The position numbers and the translations under genes were made by a program. A DNA stretch of 62,980 nucleotides, filler included, from Octopus bimaculoides (lineage: Eukaryota), in NCBI RefSeq assembly GCF_001194135.2. It is 3 parts of 2 records of this genome, joined end to end, with 100 filler letters (N's around TTAATTAATTAA, not from the genome) between each part and the next. Parts side by side here need not be neighbours in the genome. Positions count along the whole stretch, not along the records: positions 13,618 to 31,662 come from NC_068987.1; 2 more parts are not named here. One strand, 5' to 3'. Within the stretch, counting starts at the first letter, position 1. Each line of letters starts with the position of its first letter. The notes below the pieces were generated by a model. It searched no databases, was not told the DNA's origin, and worked only from the letters and a program-made list of their open reading frames with translations. Shown one piece after another: positions 13,765-26,559 of this stretch.

Positions 13765-13825
13765 GAGGCGAAACACCGCTAAGCATTTCGTCCGGCGTGT
13801 CAACGATTCTGCTAGCTCGCTGCCC
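13765..13825 (-). mobile_element. Family A SINE head fragment
   Basis: CGAAACACCGCTAAGCATTTCGTCCGGCGTGTCAACGATTCTGCTAGCTCGCTGCC matches the reverse complement of the family A head. Confidence 0.7.
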
Positions 13826-15401
13826 TCATGCTCATAAATATTAAAATATTAATATAGAAAGTAAATAACAGAACATCTATCATAAAATATGTTAATTTGA
13901 TTTATGGCATTCAGCATTTAATTTCATACCTATAATATATATTTTGATTTTAGTTAACCACAAATCCCGCAGCTTTGCAAATTCAAAATTTTACTGACGT
14001 GTAAAACAAACACACGCCCGTCAGTTCAGGTTCGTAATAGAAAAGAATAAAAACTGCTTACGACATGACACTAGAGAGCAAAGATGTGCAAATCTGTTTT
14101 ATATTGTATGTATTTCTGTGTCTACAGATTCAATTAATATTTATAGACTATTATCCCATGTGAGTTGAATCACATATAATAATGTATGTTAGTACCTAGA
14201 TACATGCATACATACATACATACATACATACATGCACATACACACACATATGCATATATCCATTATATCTTTTGTATAAATGTATATCAAATAAAAATAT
14301 TCATTTACATATAAAAGAAAATAATATATACACATAATTACACACGTATTTATATATACACATAGCTACAAACATATATATTTACATATACACATATTCA
14401 TTAAATATATATATAGTATACGTGTATATATATCTTTTGCATAAATATACATTAAATATACATATATTTATGTGGATGTGTGCAACTCACGCATGTATTC
14501 ATAAATATATGCATGTTCTCTATACATTTGAATACACAATACATTCATACGCAATCACACACGTACACACATATACCCTCACGCACACATTCATATATTC
14601 ATATTTGTGTGTGTGTGTGGGTGTGTTTGTGTGTACGCATGCATGTATATTTATATCCAAACGTACGTTTTGTGCATACACACGCACACACGCCCTCACG
14701 CATATATCATATCATATATTACATTATGTAAGTCTGCATAACTAAAGAATATGTTGTCTACCTATATAATGAGTAATTTATATGAATATTTAGTTAGCAT
14801 TCTGGTGAAAAAATACTTCGCGAAGACTAATTATAAACTACCCCGTGGAGTACCCATGTGTCTTGTTACCATGTAATACATGTATATGTATACAAGTACG
14901 TATATAAGTGTGTGTATATATATATATATATGTATATATATATGTATATAAANNNNNNNNNNNNNNNNNNNNNNNNNNNNNNNNNNNNNNNNNNNNNNNN
15001 NNNNNNNNNNNNNNNNNNNNNNNNNNNNNNNNNNNNNNNNNNNNNNNNNNNNNNNNNNNNNNNNNNNNNNNNNNNNNNNNNNNNNNNNNNNNNNNNNNNN
15101 NNNNNNNNNNNNNNNNNNNNNNNNNNNNNNNNNNNNNNNNNNNNNNNNNNNNNNNNNNNNNNNNNNNNNNNNNNNNNNNNNNNNNNNNNNNNNNNNNNNN
15201 NNNNNNNNNNNNNNNNNNNNNNNNNNNNNNNNNNNNNNNNNNATATATATACTTGTGTGTATATGTATGTATATATGCATATATGTTTCAAATTTTGGCT
15301 CATGGCCACCAATTTCGGAGGAGTAGTATAGTCAATTACATCGACCCCAGTTCTCTAATGTTACTTTTATTTTATCGACTTCCAAAGGATGAACGTCAAA
15401 G

Positions 15402-15462
<61 letters not shown>

Positions 15463-16237
15463 TTGTCCCTCTATCCATCCCTCCATCAATCCATCCATCT
15501 ATCTATTGTGATTATGGTGGTAATGACATATTGGTAGTAATAATATTGAGGTGAAGGTATATTTGTGGTAGTGTATAGTAGTAGTGGTAGTGGTGGTGCT
15601 GGTGGTGAGTGAGGCAATGTCTGTGCCGTGTGTAGTTACTAGTGACTTTGGAGAAGGAGAATTGGACCAATATAATTAGGATGTTGTTAATACTTGTCGT
15701 TGTTCTTGTTATGATTTATTTCCAGCCTGAATGAGCAGACCTATAAACAATGGTATTCCGGAAGCGACTCACGTGTCCTTTTAGTTTCTCGATTAAAATA
15801 TTCAATGTATATCTTTCACAGAGAGTAGCGTAAGACTTGAGGGAAATCTATCTGTTGTTTCTTGCATAAACTACGACCACATAGAAGTCTTCGAAGTTCT
15901 TACAAGTTCATTTCAAAATTATGCTTTAAATGTAAACTTCCAGTTCATCAAACGACGTGGGAGAGCTAATTGATGTTTCTTTTTTTTTTTTTTGGTTCCC
16001 CCATAGAAATATCCTGTTAGAACTTTTAGAATCCTCTTTCCTTTAGCGATATTAACATTATTTATAAACCACTATTTAATTTGTCTCATATATAAACACT
16101 AATCAACTTTAATTCAGAAGATTAATACTCCTTACTATACGTAAATATTTCTGACTTAAAATACCGTGGTATAATAGAAACCAATAGTCTTTAGTAAACT
16201 AAAACAAAATGTGAATCTTATTTATTAAGCCCATTAA

Positions 16238-16528
16238 CCCATTACCTACCAGTGATCTCATATGAGATCACTTTAAAATTCCACATTTCGTAATTATCTG
16301 TCAATATTTACACATATCTAACCTTTTTGCTCTCTCTACTAGGTATATTTCTCTGATATTCAAATGAGGTTTGCTAATTTTTCACCCAATATCTCACTTA
16401 TTTCTATTTAAAATGTTATTTGGCAATGTTATTTTGATCATTCCAGCGTGTTTCTAAGGTTGTTTTATGCTAGACATCAAAGTTTCATAAAAAAAATTCC
16501 AGTTAATAGAACTATGGGAGGTAATGGG
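16238..16528. mobile_element. piggyBac-like MITE
   Basis: TTAA|CCCATTACCTACC ... GGGAGGTAATGGG|TTAA: CCC/GGG termini with TTAA on both sides (16234-37, 16529-32). Confidence 0.75.
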
Positions 16529-16761
16529 TTAACTACCTATCCATGATACGCAGGGTCAGTAACATAGGCTCTAATCGAACAGACCAGTGAGCAAAGGCAT
16601 TCCGGCAGGTACTGCTTCGATTTTGTTTGATCTTTACAGTGGTATTCTCTATAGGATTTTATCAGCCAATGTGGCAATCACTTTTGAAAGAGTGTGAAGT
16701 ATGATTTGAAGGAGATTTGGCTGCGATTTCTACCAATCCCAAGGTCTGTGTGGAGGTTATT

Positions 16762-17038
16762 GGTAATTTTCCAGATTAACACCCGCACGATCTTCACTTG
16801 GGTGTTAGGGTTAGGGTTTTAGGGTCAGGGTAAGGGTTTTAGGGTCAGGGTTAGGGTTTTAGGGTTAGTTTTAGGGTGAGGGTTAGGGTTAGGGTTAGGG
16901 TTAGGGTTTGAGTTAGGAAATTCCGTCCCTAACCATAACCATAACCGTAACCCTAACCCTAAAACCCTAACCCTGACCCTAAACCCTAACCCTAACACCC
17001 TAGTGAAGATCGTGCGGGTGTTAATCTGAAAAAAATCC
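16762..17038. mobile_element. Palindromic Merlin-type MITE with head-to-head telomere-like arrays (T1)
   Basis: GG...CC termini. A 27-bp perfect inverted core CAGATTAACACCCGCACGATCTTCACT leads into (TTAGGG-variant)n at 16805-16906 facing (CCCTAA-variant)n at 16928-16995. A perfect 7-bp direct repeat GGTTATT flanks both ends (16755-61, 17039-45). Confidence 0.8.
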
Positions 17039-17948
17039 GGTTATTTTGCTCATTAATTCGGCATCGTAAACGTTCTTATGAAAGATGAAGACTCTTCATC
17101 CTAGATCACTTTATAAAATATAATAATGGCGTCTCTTTAGACAAGAGACAACATTTTAATAGAAAGTATATCTGAAGGAATGAATGCAATATACAAAATG
17201 ACTCAAAAGACATGGATAACTTTTCATAAAGCCAGCCTATATAAAAAGATAGACTTGACTGATCAATAGAATCGAATCGATCTCCGCTATTAACTTTGTC
17301 AAACTTACTTTTGAGGCAACGACATCCGAGTTTTCAGTTGTATGTCAAGTAGAAAGAAAAGTACTGATGGCTGCATTTCACTGATACTGTTTGCCTACCA
17401 GACTGAAATGGGTCATCAATTGAGCCAGGAACTTTAAATGAGATGTAAGTTTAACGAATCGTGACATGACTAGGCGCGTCCCGATTTATTTCTTGTTTTC
17501 AGATTCTCTGGAATTGTACTATTGATTCATTACGTAGTGTCAGTTTTAGGTTGATATTACCTCCCTTTTCGCAAATGACAATTACCTGGGATATATAAAA
17601 CAATGCATTCATGCATGCATATACACAAGGATAACTTTTTAAAAGTATATAAACACGATATTGTAATAGATAAAAATATACAACATTATATATTATTTAA
17701 ATGCTAATGGGAATGCCGAATCCTGTTGGGTAACAAGTACTTATATTACAGTTTTCTGGACAGATGAAGGAGAAAATATACCAGTAGCGAGATTCCAGCT
17801 TTTCTAACAAAAACTGCTATTGCTTTACTGAGACATTATACCAATTCTTTTATACTAGTAACCTTTGAATTCCAAGAAATTATAAATGGTATCTTAAAGG
17901 AACCAATATTTCACTATCTTACGGCGGTGAGCTGGCAGAATAGTAAGT

Positions 17949-18090
17949 GGAGGCGCAATGGTCAGGGCAGCAGACTTGCGGTCATAGGATCGCGGTTTCG
18001 ATTCCCAGACCGGGCGTTGTGAGTGTTTATTGAGCGAAAACACCTAAAGCTCCACGAGGCTCCGGCAGGGGTAGTGGCGAACCCTGCTGT
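17949..18090 (+). mobile_element. Family C SINE, 5' part only
   Basis: GGAGGCGCAATGG...GGTTTCGATTCCCAGACCGGGCGTTGTGAG...ACCCTGCTGT; preceded by a 21-bp family A head at 17921-17941. Confidence 0.85.
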
Positions 18091-18102
18091 CTAAAAAAGA
18101 AA

Positions 18103-18248
18103 AAGGCGGTGAGCTGGTAGAAATGTTAGCGCGCCGGGCGAAATGCTTAGCAGTATTTCGTCTGTCGTGACGTTCTGAGTTCAAATTCCGTCGAGGTCGA
18201 CTTTGCCTTTCATCCTTTCGGGGTCGATAAATTAAGTACCAGTTACGC
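18103..18248 (+). mobile_element. Family A SINE (3' end in gap)
   Basis: Family A head and body up to the N run. Confidence 0.9.
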
Positions 18249-18679
18249 NNNNNNNNNNNNNNNNNNNNNNNNNNNNNNNNNNNNNNNNNNNNNNNNNNNN
18301 NNNNNNNNNNNNNNNNNNNNNNNNNNNNNNNNNNNNNNNNNNNNNNNNNNNNNNNNNNNNNNNNNNNNNNNNNNNNNNNNNNNNNNNNNNNNNNNNNNNN
18401 NNNNNNNNNNNNNNNNNNNNNNNNNNNNNNNNNNNNNNNNNNNNNNNNNNNNNNNNNNNNNNNNNNNNNNNNNNNNNNNNNNNNNNNNNNNNNNNNNNNN
18501 NNNNNNNNNNNNNNNNNNNNNNNNNNNNNNNNNNNNNNNNNNNNNNNNNNNNNNNNNNNNNNNNNNNNNNNNNNNNNNNNNNNNNNNNNNNNNNNNNNNN
18601 NNNNNNNNNNNNNNNNNNNNNNNNNNNNNNNNNNNNNNNNNNNNNNNNNNNNNNNNNNNNNNNNNNNNNNNNNNNNNCC

Positions 18680-18710
<31 letters not shown>

Positions 18711-21196
18711 TAGCAGCCGCCTTGGTGTATGGGGAAGCACTGCCTGTCCCTCTGTAGATTAAAAAGAAAATGAAAGCCGGGTCTCAATTTTTATGACATT
18801 GCCAGACACAGACACAGAGCAGTGTTATGATTTCTGAGAGATTGAGCTATAGAAATAGAGCGCAGTATATGACTGGTACTTTAAAGGTGAACCCAGTAGG
18901 ATTTCAACGCAAGAATAAATAAAGCAGAGCATTTTCTAATAAGCCTGTTAACTCACTATATTTGTATTTTAATGTATGTTTTAAAATAGAGTGATATTGG
19001 TATTTATGTTTATGTGTACACAGACATGTGTTTGCAAATGTCACTGAACATGGGTAAACATGTGCATAAATAATATAAATGTATTTCTTTCTGTGTGCAT
19101 GTTTCCGCCCAAGCAAATATGAGTCAATGTGTGTTTGGGGGGGGGGGAGAGTGTATGTGCGTTCGTGAGATCATCAGTGCATAATTGCATATATATATAT
19201 ATATATATATATAGCTAAGCATGTATGTTTGCGTATCTGTGTATGACTAATGCGTCTATGTGTAAATTTATAAATGTGTGTTTTTCTTTGCATGTGTGTG
19301 TGCGTGCGTGTGTGTATATATACATACATNNNNNNNNNNNNNNNNNNNNNNNNNNNNNNNNNNNNNNNNNNNNNNNNNNNNNNNNNNNNNNNNNNNNNNN
19401 NNNNNNNNNNNNNNNNNNNNNNNNNNNNNNNNNNNNNNNNNNNNNNNNNNNNNNNNNNNNNNNNNNNNNNNNNNNNNNNNNNNNAAAGCAACAAAAAATC
19501 AATAGGTTGTAGCAGTACGTACGTTTCGAACAAACTTCATTTATTTATGTAGTGAGAACACCACATAAAATGTGCAATGAAAATGTACTCCTCAGCTGCA
19601 TAATGGAATTTCATTTTAGAAAGTCATTTTGTAGAAGTGTGCAAAAACAAGAGTAGGAGAAGAAGAAAATAGCATCTTGACTGGGCTGCCAATCACTAGA
19701 CAGTCGATTGGCAGACCAGGCAAGCAGCTTTAAATGAAGCACAGTTATGCCATTGATATCGGTCTTCATCGAGGTATCCCAATATCAGAGGCGTTATAAG
19801 CTATAAAATATTACATTTTAGAGTATCTTGTACTACATCCTGGAGACATGTTTTCATTTTAAGACACTAAAGATTAATTTGAGTGAGGTATAGTTGCTAG
19901 TGTTTGTAGGTCGAATGGCTGAGTAGAGACTTGCAAATTGTAGGAGTCTCTAGCGGAATTTGGGAAACGTCGTCGAAGGATTATTAATTTTCGAGTTTTT
20001 CTCAATGGAAGATTATCCTCGAATGCTAACGTATATGTTTTCTGTGAAATGGATGTATAATGCGACATGTGTGAGTACTCGGCCTACTTTCCAGAGTGCG
20101 GTTAGAATAAATATGTAACAATATATGTTTACTATTTTTCAAAAAGCAAAGGTGACGTCGAGGTTAGTCTAAATGCTTATACTTAGTTAATAGAGCCGAT
20201 GAAAGATTAGGAAATATTAGCATATATTCAAATACGTTATTGAGACTAAAAATGTTGAGTAATTAAAGTTACATTAAATTTAATGAATTACAATAAATTA
20301 ATTAAAATTATTGAGAAGAATTAATTCAGATTAGTGAGAGGAAATAACCATCAGATTAATAATCAGTTCTGGCAAAAAAAAAACAAAAAAACTCATTGGC
20401 TCACGAAGTATATAAATGTCAACCTTACCGTACCGGAGTATTCATAATCCCGATATATGCATAAGTCCTGATATATGCATATGCTGAGAAAATGGAACTA
20501 AAGAAACATGTGATCTTTCCAATAATTGCCAATTTTGACAGTTTATCCGTAATGTTCTTAAACTTTTGAATACCAATTCAGGCAAGATTAAATTTGCCGA
20601 AGAACAAAAGATTTTGACTGCTCTAAGCAACATCGGCCATGTTTTGTTTTGTAGTTCACAAGAATTCATATTGTACACTAATGTTACTGATTTATAAACA
20701 TAAATCCTATCGACTATTATCCTACGAACTTTTAATGGTTAATAAGTACTTCTGGATACATGGCCTTAAAAATAAAAGACAAAAACAGGGGAGATAAATC
20801 ATGTGCTGGATAGATATGATGCCTATACCGAATAGCTATGTAAACTTAAGTAGCGTTTTATGAAGAGTAAGATAACATAAAATATAGATTAAGGTGAGCA
20901 GGAATCAGATTCCAGCACAGTAAGTTAGTGGCTGCGAAATTGCGTGAATGAAATTTCTATGCTTAGGGACAAAAACGAGAACGGTTTAAGTGACATGTTT
21001 GTGTCACAAATCTTTTTGTATCTTGTAAACAATGATGTACACTATGGAATTATTGAAAAGCCAGGTTTCACACAAATATAACAATGTCTAGATCATCAAG
21101 AAGACATTTTATCACGATGAACGACACATATCAGCATTCTTGTAGTCTGTGCAGGGAATGAATATGAGATATGAGCCTAGGAATACATACATGTGT

Positions 21197-21238
<42 letters not shown>

Positions 21239-21360
21239 AAGAACAGCAAGACACTTCACACCGTAGATTTTGTGAAAGTCATGAAAAATTGTTGAGATTA
21301 ATTCTTAGTAAATAAGTAGATAAGAGTGAGATGACTTATTCATATACACAGATATATGTT

Positions 21361-21412
<52 letters not shown>

Positions 21413-21470
21413 CATATATATATACATACGAGGGATGTANNNNNNNNNNGTGTATACATATATATATACA

Positions 21471-21578
21471 TACGAGGGATGTATGAAAAGTCTTGAGCCT
21501 CAAAAAAAAAAAAACATGGTACAAGACTTCAAGGATCAAAGGCCTTGAAGGCTCAAAACTTTTCATACGCCCCTCCTA
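21471..21578. mobile_element. Mariner-derived mini-MITE
   Basis: TA|CGAGGGATGTATGAAAAGTCTTGAGCCT and AGGCTCAAAACTTTTCATACGCCCCTCC|TA form about 30-bp TIRs with TA flanks. TACGAGGG is a typical mariner terminus. Confidence 0.7.
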
Positions 21579-22076
21579 TACATACATACATTCATACATG
21601 TATTTATGTATGTATGTATGTATGTATGTATGTATGTGTCTTGAATTAGGCACTCGCATAGAGATACATACACGCCCAATGAGTAGACACAGATCGAAAA
21701 CAGGAGATGAATGAAGAAGTACATAAATATATTAAAAAACAAAAAAATGAATAGATAAAACGGCCGTGCAAGATATTCAACGAACGGGTTGTGTTGGTCG
21801 GCGTGCTGGTAATATGAAATGAGACAGTTGCCTTGCTGGGTTAATGTGTTCCATATGTGAAGAGATACCTGAAGCTTCAGATTAGGGCAGTTTATTTGTT
21901 ACCATAACCCATTTAACATCTAGCTATCCATTCAATTCTAGTTTAATTTAAATCCACCTCTTTTCTTATCTCACCCCTTCACATCCTATAATTGTTTCTA
22001 TTTATTGCAAAGAAAAATAGCGTGGGACATAAGGAATATTAGCTGAAGGGGTAAACTGAAGGAAAGAGGGAGAAAG

Positions 22077-22133
<57 letters not shown>

Positions 22134-22231
22134 TAGACGAACAATTCAATTCAAATAAACAGATAAGCTGATACAGGAATAAATGCCTATTTATCTTTCG
22201 TGTAACTAAGCTGGAAAGGGGAGATGGCGGA

Positions 22232-22269
<38 letters not shown>

Positions 22270-22289
22270 TCTATGCGATTGTTTGAGTA

Positions 22290-22329
<40 letters not shown>

Positions 22330-22409
22330 TATAAATACTCAGACGCAGAAACATGCACGCACACATATATACATACATACATACATACATACAATCATTC
22401 ATACATATG

Positions 22410-23130
22410 TATCGGTGGTCCCCCAGCATGTTCTGAAATAGATACGAAGCAGTCCTTCTAAAGAAATGCAAAAGGTATCTAACAAGTCCACTACAGATCC
22501 TCTTCCAAAGCTTCTTTGCAACTGGGAGACACCCCATAGTGCGAAATTAATAGCGGAACTTTAGGCAGTTTAGCGAAGCTACATCAGGAATATTGCATAA
22601 ATGGAACAGCTGACCTACTGGGAAAATCTGAAAGAGTTACTGCTCTACTCCCTGGAGTGAAGACGGGAAATATATGCAGTGATATATGAATGGAAAATCC
22701 TGAAGGGGTTGGCACTAAACTTTTGCATCAAGAGCTATGCTAGCTCCGAACTGAACGTCACTGCACTGTTGCACACACACCAGACATCCTACCTAGAGTG
22801 AGGACCATGTACTGCAATAGCTTGGAATTCAAAGGTCCAGGGATATTTAATTCCTTTCCAAAACTTCAGAGATCTACATGGAGTAACAATAGAAGATTTC
22901 AAAAGAAAAAGTCAACTCCTGCTACCCAAGATGCCAGATGAACTTACATCCCGACAAGAAACTCAAAATAGGTCAACAGTATCGAAGTCCCTTCTTCACC
23001 AAAAGCCAGTTATATATGAATGGTCATTAAAAAAGTGATAACATTGGCGTTGCCCCAGCATATCCACAGACTTTGGGCTGAAACACAAAAGGATACAGAG
23101 AAACGAAGTGCCAATCTGCTTATATACTAG
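22410..23130 (+). mobile_element. CR1/L2-group LINE, decayed 3' fragment of ORF2
   Basis: Translates with stops to MEQLTYWENLKELLLYSLE*RREIYAVIYEWKILKGLALNF and YCNSLEFKGPGIFNSFP, resembling the YWERLKxLxLYSLERRR tail of CR1/L2-like ORF2. Confidence 0.7.
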
Positions 23131-23239
23131 AAAATATCAGTAGCTATAGGAAACTAGTGTTACCTCTTTACCTAATAACCGAGGATTATTAACTGGGTTC
23201 TCAGTCCACACAGTACCAACGTATGTATGTCTACACACA

Positions 23240-23470
23240 TACACACATTTAGCGATCGTGATTTCAATTCTTAGGCCGAGCGGTGCGTTGTGTTCTTGAG
23301 CAAAACACTTCATTTCACGTTGCACTGCGATCACTTCGACATCTGATGTGTGGTACACCGTGTACCTGTTCAGGCAACGTCGATTTGTGGGAGATATTGA
23401 GCTAATATGTGGCATGAATATTTGATCACTATAAGCAAATCATTTGCGCAGGTCATTCTGAGAGAAGCCG
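23240..23470 (+). mobile_element. Probable degenerate SINE (fourth family)
   Basis: GTGATTTCAATTC B-box-like motif followed by GTTGTGTTCTTGAGCAAAACACTT, resembling conserved SINE central domains; only one copy is visible here. Confidence 0.4.
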
Positions 23471-23504
<34 letters not shown>

Positions 23505-24846
23505 CAAAGAATATATATACATGTATACACACATATATGTACATACTTACATCTACATGTGTATATACATGCATATCAGGGTACAGGACGTTAGAACAAT
23601 AAACTACAGACAACGGAACGAACATATAGGAAAACGGAAAGCCNNNNNNNNNNNNNNNNNNNNNNNNNNNNNNNNNNNNNNNNNNNNNNNNNNNNNNNNN
23701 NNNNNNNNNNNNNNNNNNNNNNNNNNNNNNNNNNNNNNNNNNNNNNNNNNNATATATATATATATATACACATATATATATTACTCGATTCTGAACATAT
23801 ATCTGAACATATTACAGTGGTAAATCGCCGGTCATTGGCTTTTTGCTATCGTACATATTTCTGAAACACTTATACACGCCCACATGCATTGGTTGTGTTC
23901 CTGCATATGTCTGTGTTTATGTCTATCTATATATCTATGTATCTACACACACAAGCACACACACACATACACACGTACATACAGAGAAAAGAAAATAGTT
24001 TTTATTCACACGAGATGAAGTATAAAAGTAAGAGAATTTGAAAATGCACTTGGAGTCTTTAAAGAGATTTATTTACATTTAATTAACCGGTTTGAGACTT
24101 TCAGCATGTTCAAAAGTAGCGTTAGGTGAAAGGCTGATTGTTTCGTTTAAATCAACTTATGGAATGATTGACAAATTATTAATAGCGTGAATAATATACT
24201 CTGGAGAGAATAGTGGGCGAAGTCATTTTTAAATAACTGTTTTCGGAATTAAGACTTTCTCATATAAACGGAATATTTTAAATATAAATGGAGAAATATC
24301 AAATGTCGAAGCGAAGAGAATGCGGAAGTAGAAAGGAATGATGAGGTAATAAAATAAAAGGGATATTTTCTGTGTATATGTGCATGAGTTTATGGAATGG
24401 TGGTAGTGGAAAAGAGAAATAGAGAGAGATAGAGAGAGAGAGGAAGAGAGAGATTGACAAAAGATCAACGTTCTAGATCGATTTTATAATATATAAAATA
24501 AATAGCAGGTTTATAATTATAGAAATTTATGTTAAGAAGTTGAAGGGTAAAGAAGACAGAGTTAGCAGGAGGATAAGAGTAAAGATAAAGGAAGTAGGTA
24601 GCGATGGGGACGGGGGAATGGAAATTAAAGCTTAAAGTAATTGATGTATCCCGAAAGTAATTATATTCGCAAAGAAATCAGCGTATAAAATAAACTTGAA
24701 AAAGTATTTGTAGAGTACACGAATAAAAAATAGGAAATCACATAGTTAATGGCCGCATTAACTAAAGGAAAACAGATAAAGATATTGTGAAGTATAACGG
24801 TCGCAATAGTTACAAAGATGAATAAAAGCATAGCTGTGGAAATATT

Positions 24847-25102
24847 TATTTCTTTATTGCCCACAAGGGGCTAAACATAGAGGGGACAAACAAGGACAGA
24901 CAAAGGGATTAAGTCGACTACATAGATCCCAGTGCGTAACTGGTACTTAATTTATCGACTCCGAAACGATGAAAGGCAAAGTCGACCTCGGTGGAACTTG
25001 AACTCAGAACGTTGCGGCAGACGAAATACCGCTAAGCATTTCGCCCGGCGTGCTAACGTCTCTGCCAGCTCGCCTCCTTCTTTCTGTCAGCTCGCCACCT
25101 TG
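24847..25102 (-). mobile_element. Family A SINE with TSD and duplicated 5' head
   Basis: Full body. TSD AGCTGTG(G/C)AAATATT at 24832-46 and 25103-17. The head 19-mer is repeated at 25061-79 and 25083-101. Confidence 0.9.
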
Positions 25103-26219
25103 AGCTGTGCAAATATTATTTGAGAGAAAATGACGATGCATGCGAGCATGCAAATATGTATGTATGTATGTATGTATGTATTTATTGTCTCGCCTGATGA
25201 TCGCAGTTTCGTGAAATTCGAGTGGCGAGACAAACTCTCAGCATCAGTTTTATTGAAAAAAAACCATATCCACTACAACAGTTTGCAATATTTACTTTAA
25301 TTTCTCTATATTCAAATTTCATCTAGGACTATTTTAACTATTAATCATCCTGTGTGGTAAAATAATTAGAAGTTATGTTTTGTTATTGATTCTGCTGATT
25401 ATAGCTTTTCTTTGTACAAGTGTGACAAATTGTTTGTATCAGTATATCGATCAAGGAAGAATAATAGTAGGTGCTAGAATCCCTAGGCACTTAATTCGCC
25501 ACTGTACAAATAAACGAATAAAAACATTTAGTCAAGCTCTGTATCAATGGCGCCAATATTACACTGCCAGCGGGAGAAACTTGTAAAATAATCCTCCGCT
25601 CCTTAAATGTAATATACCAAGTGACGTTGGTAATAACCATTGACTCTTCAGCGAGAACGAAAGCCAGATTTATGAAGTTTCAGCAATATAGTCAATTGGA
25701 AAAGGAGGTGAATCGCTGTTTTAGTTACATATTCTGGAAGTGGGGAAATATTTGCTCCCGGCAGGGGGTTTGTGAGCTTTCAAAGAATCCTGCCTTCTGT
25801 GTAAGATGTGTCAGATGAAGTGGCTATAAAAGAAGGCGGGATGACTAATTTGATGGCGTTATTATTGGCCTCTTAAGATGCGAAGCAAATATTAATTCTT
25901 TCATACTTTAATAATGGTAAATTGAAACGCATAACACTTCTCACTTAACAATGTCTCGTCATTCCGGAAGAAATAAAAATCTTGGGAGTTTTACTTGTTT
26001 GACAATTGATTTGATCTGAGATTATGCGTTGAAACTGAAGCAATTATATTGTGGAAGAATCCTGATAGCCATTTAAAAGATATATACAGTTATATTCAAT
26101 TGTGTTTGGTGACATTATATATCATAAATTGTCAAAAGACTTCGGAGTTAATCTATGCCCAGCGCAGTGACAGTATTACAAAACGAATATTATTGTAGGA
26201 AGTATATTGCCTTATTGCT

Positions 26220-26220
<1 letters not shown>

Positions 26221-26279
<59 letters not shown>

Positions 26280-26336
26280 ATTATTATTATTATTATTATT
26301 ATTATCATTATTATTATTATTGTTATCATTATTATT
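26221..26336. repeat. Compound (TAC)n(TTA)n microsatellite
   Basis: Directly visible. Confidence 0.95.
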
Positions 26337-26540
26337 AACGCGGTGAGCTGATGGTATCGTTAGCACGGCGCGCAAGATGCCCAGCTGCAATATCGTCCGT
26401 CTTTACGTTCTGAGTTCAAATTCATCCGAGATCAGCTTTACCTTTCATTCTTTAGGGGTCGATAAATTAAGTGCCAGTTGAATACCGAGGTCGATGTAAT
26501 CAACTTAATCCCGCCCATAGAATTTCATGCCTTGTGCCTT
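26337..26540 (+). mobile_element. Family A SINE, diverged
   Basis: GCGGTGAGCTG head, GAGTTCAAATTC B box, and GGCCTTGTGCC-like 3' end. Confidence 0.85.
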
Positions 26541-26559
26541 GTGACAACTTTACTGCACA

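Noticed and set aside
16805-16995. Ancestral chromosome fusion site or true telomere
   Set aside because: The arrays are short, degenerate and enclosed by TIRs with a flanking direct repeat. Related structures recur twice more in the window.
19681-19719. Small hairpin CTGCCAATC...GATTGGCAG as a pre-miRNA
   Set aside because: The stem is too short, and chance occurrence is plausible.
20442-20678. 78-aa ORF as a host exon or hAT fragment
   Set aside because: No motif I can recognise and no convincing splice context.
21410-21483. Direct duplications flanking 10-N gaps (also around 35235-35244 and 11086-11095)
   Set aside because: This is the typical signature of unmerged overlapping contig ends.
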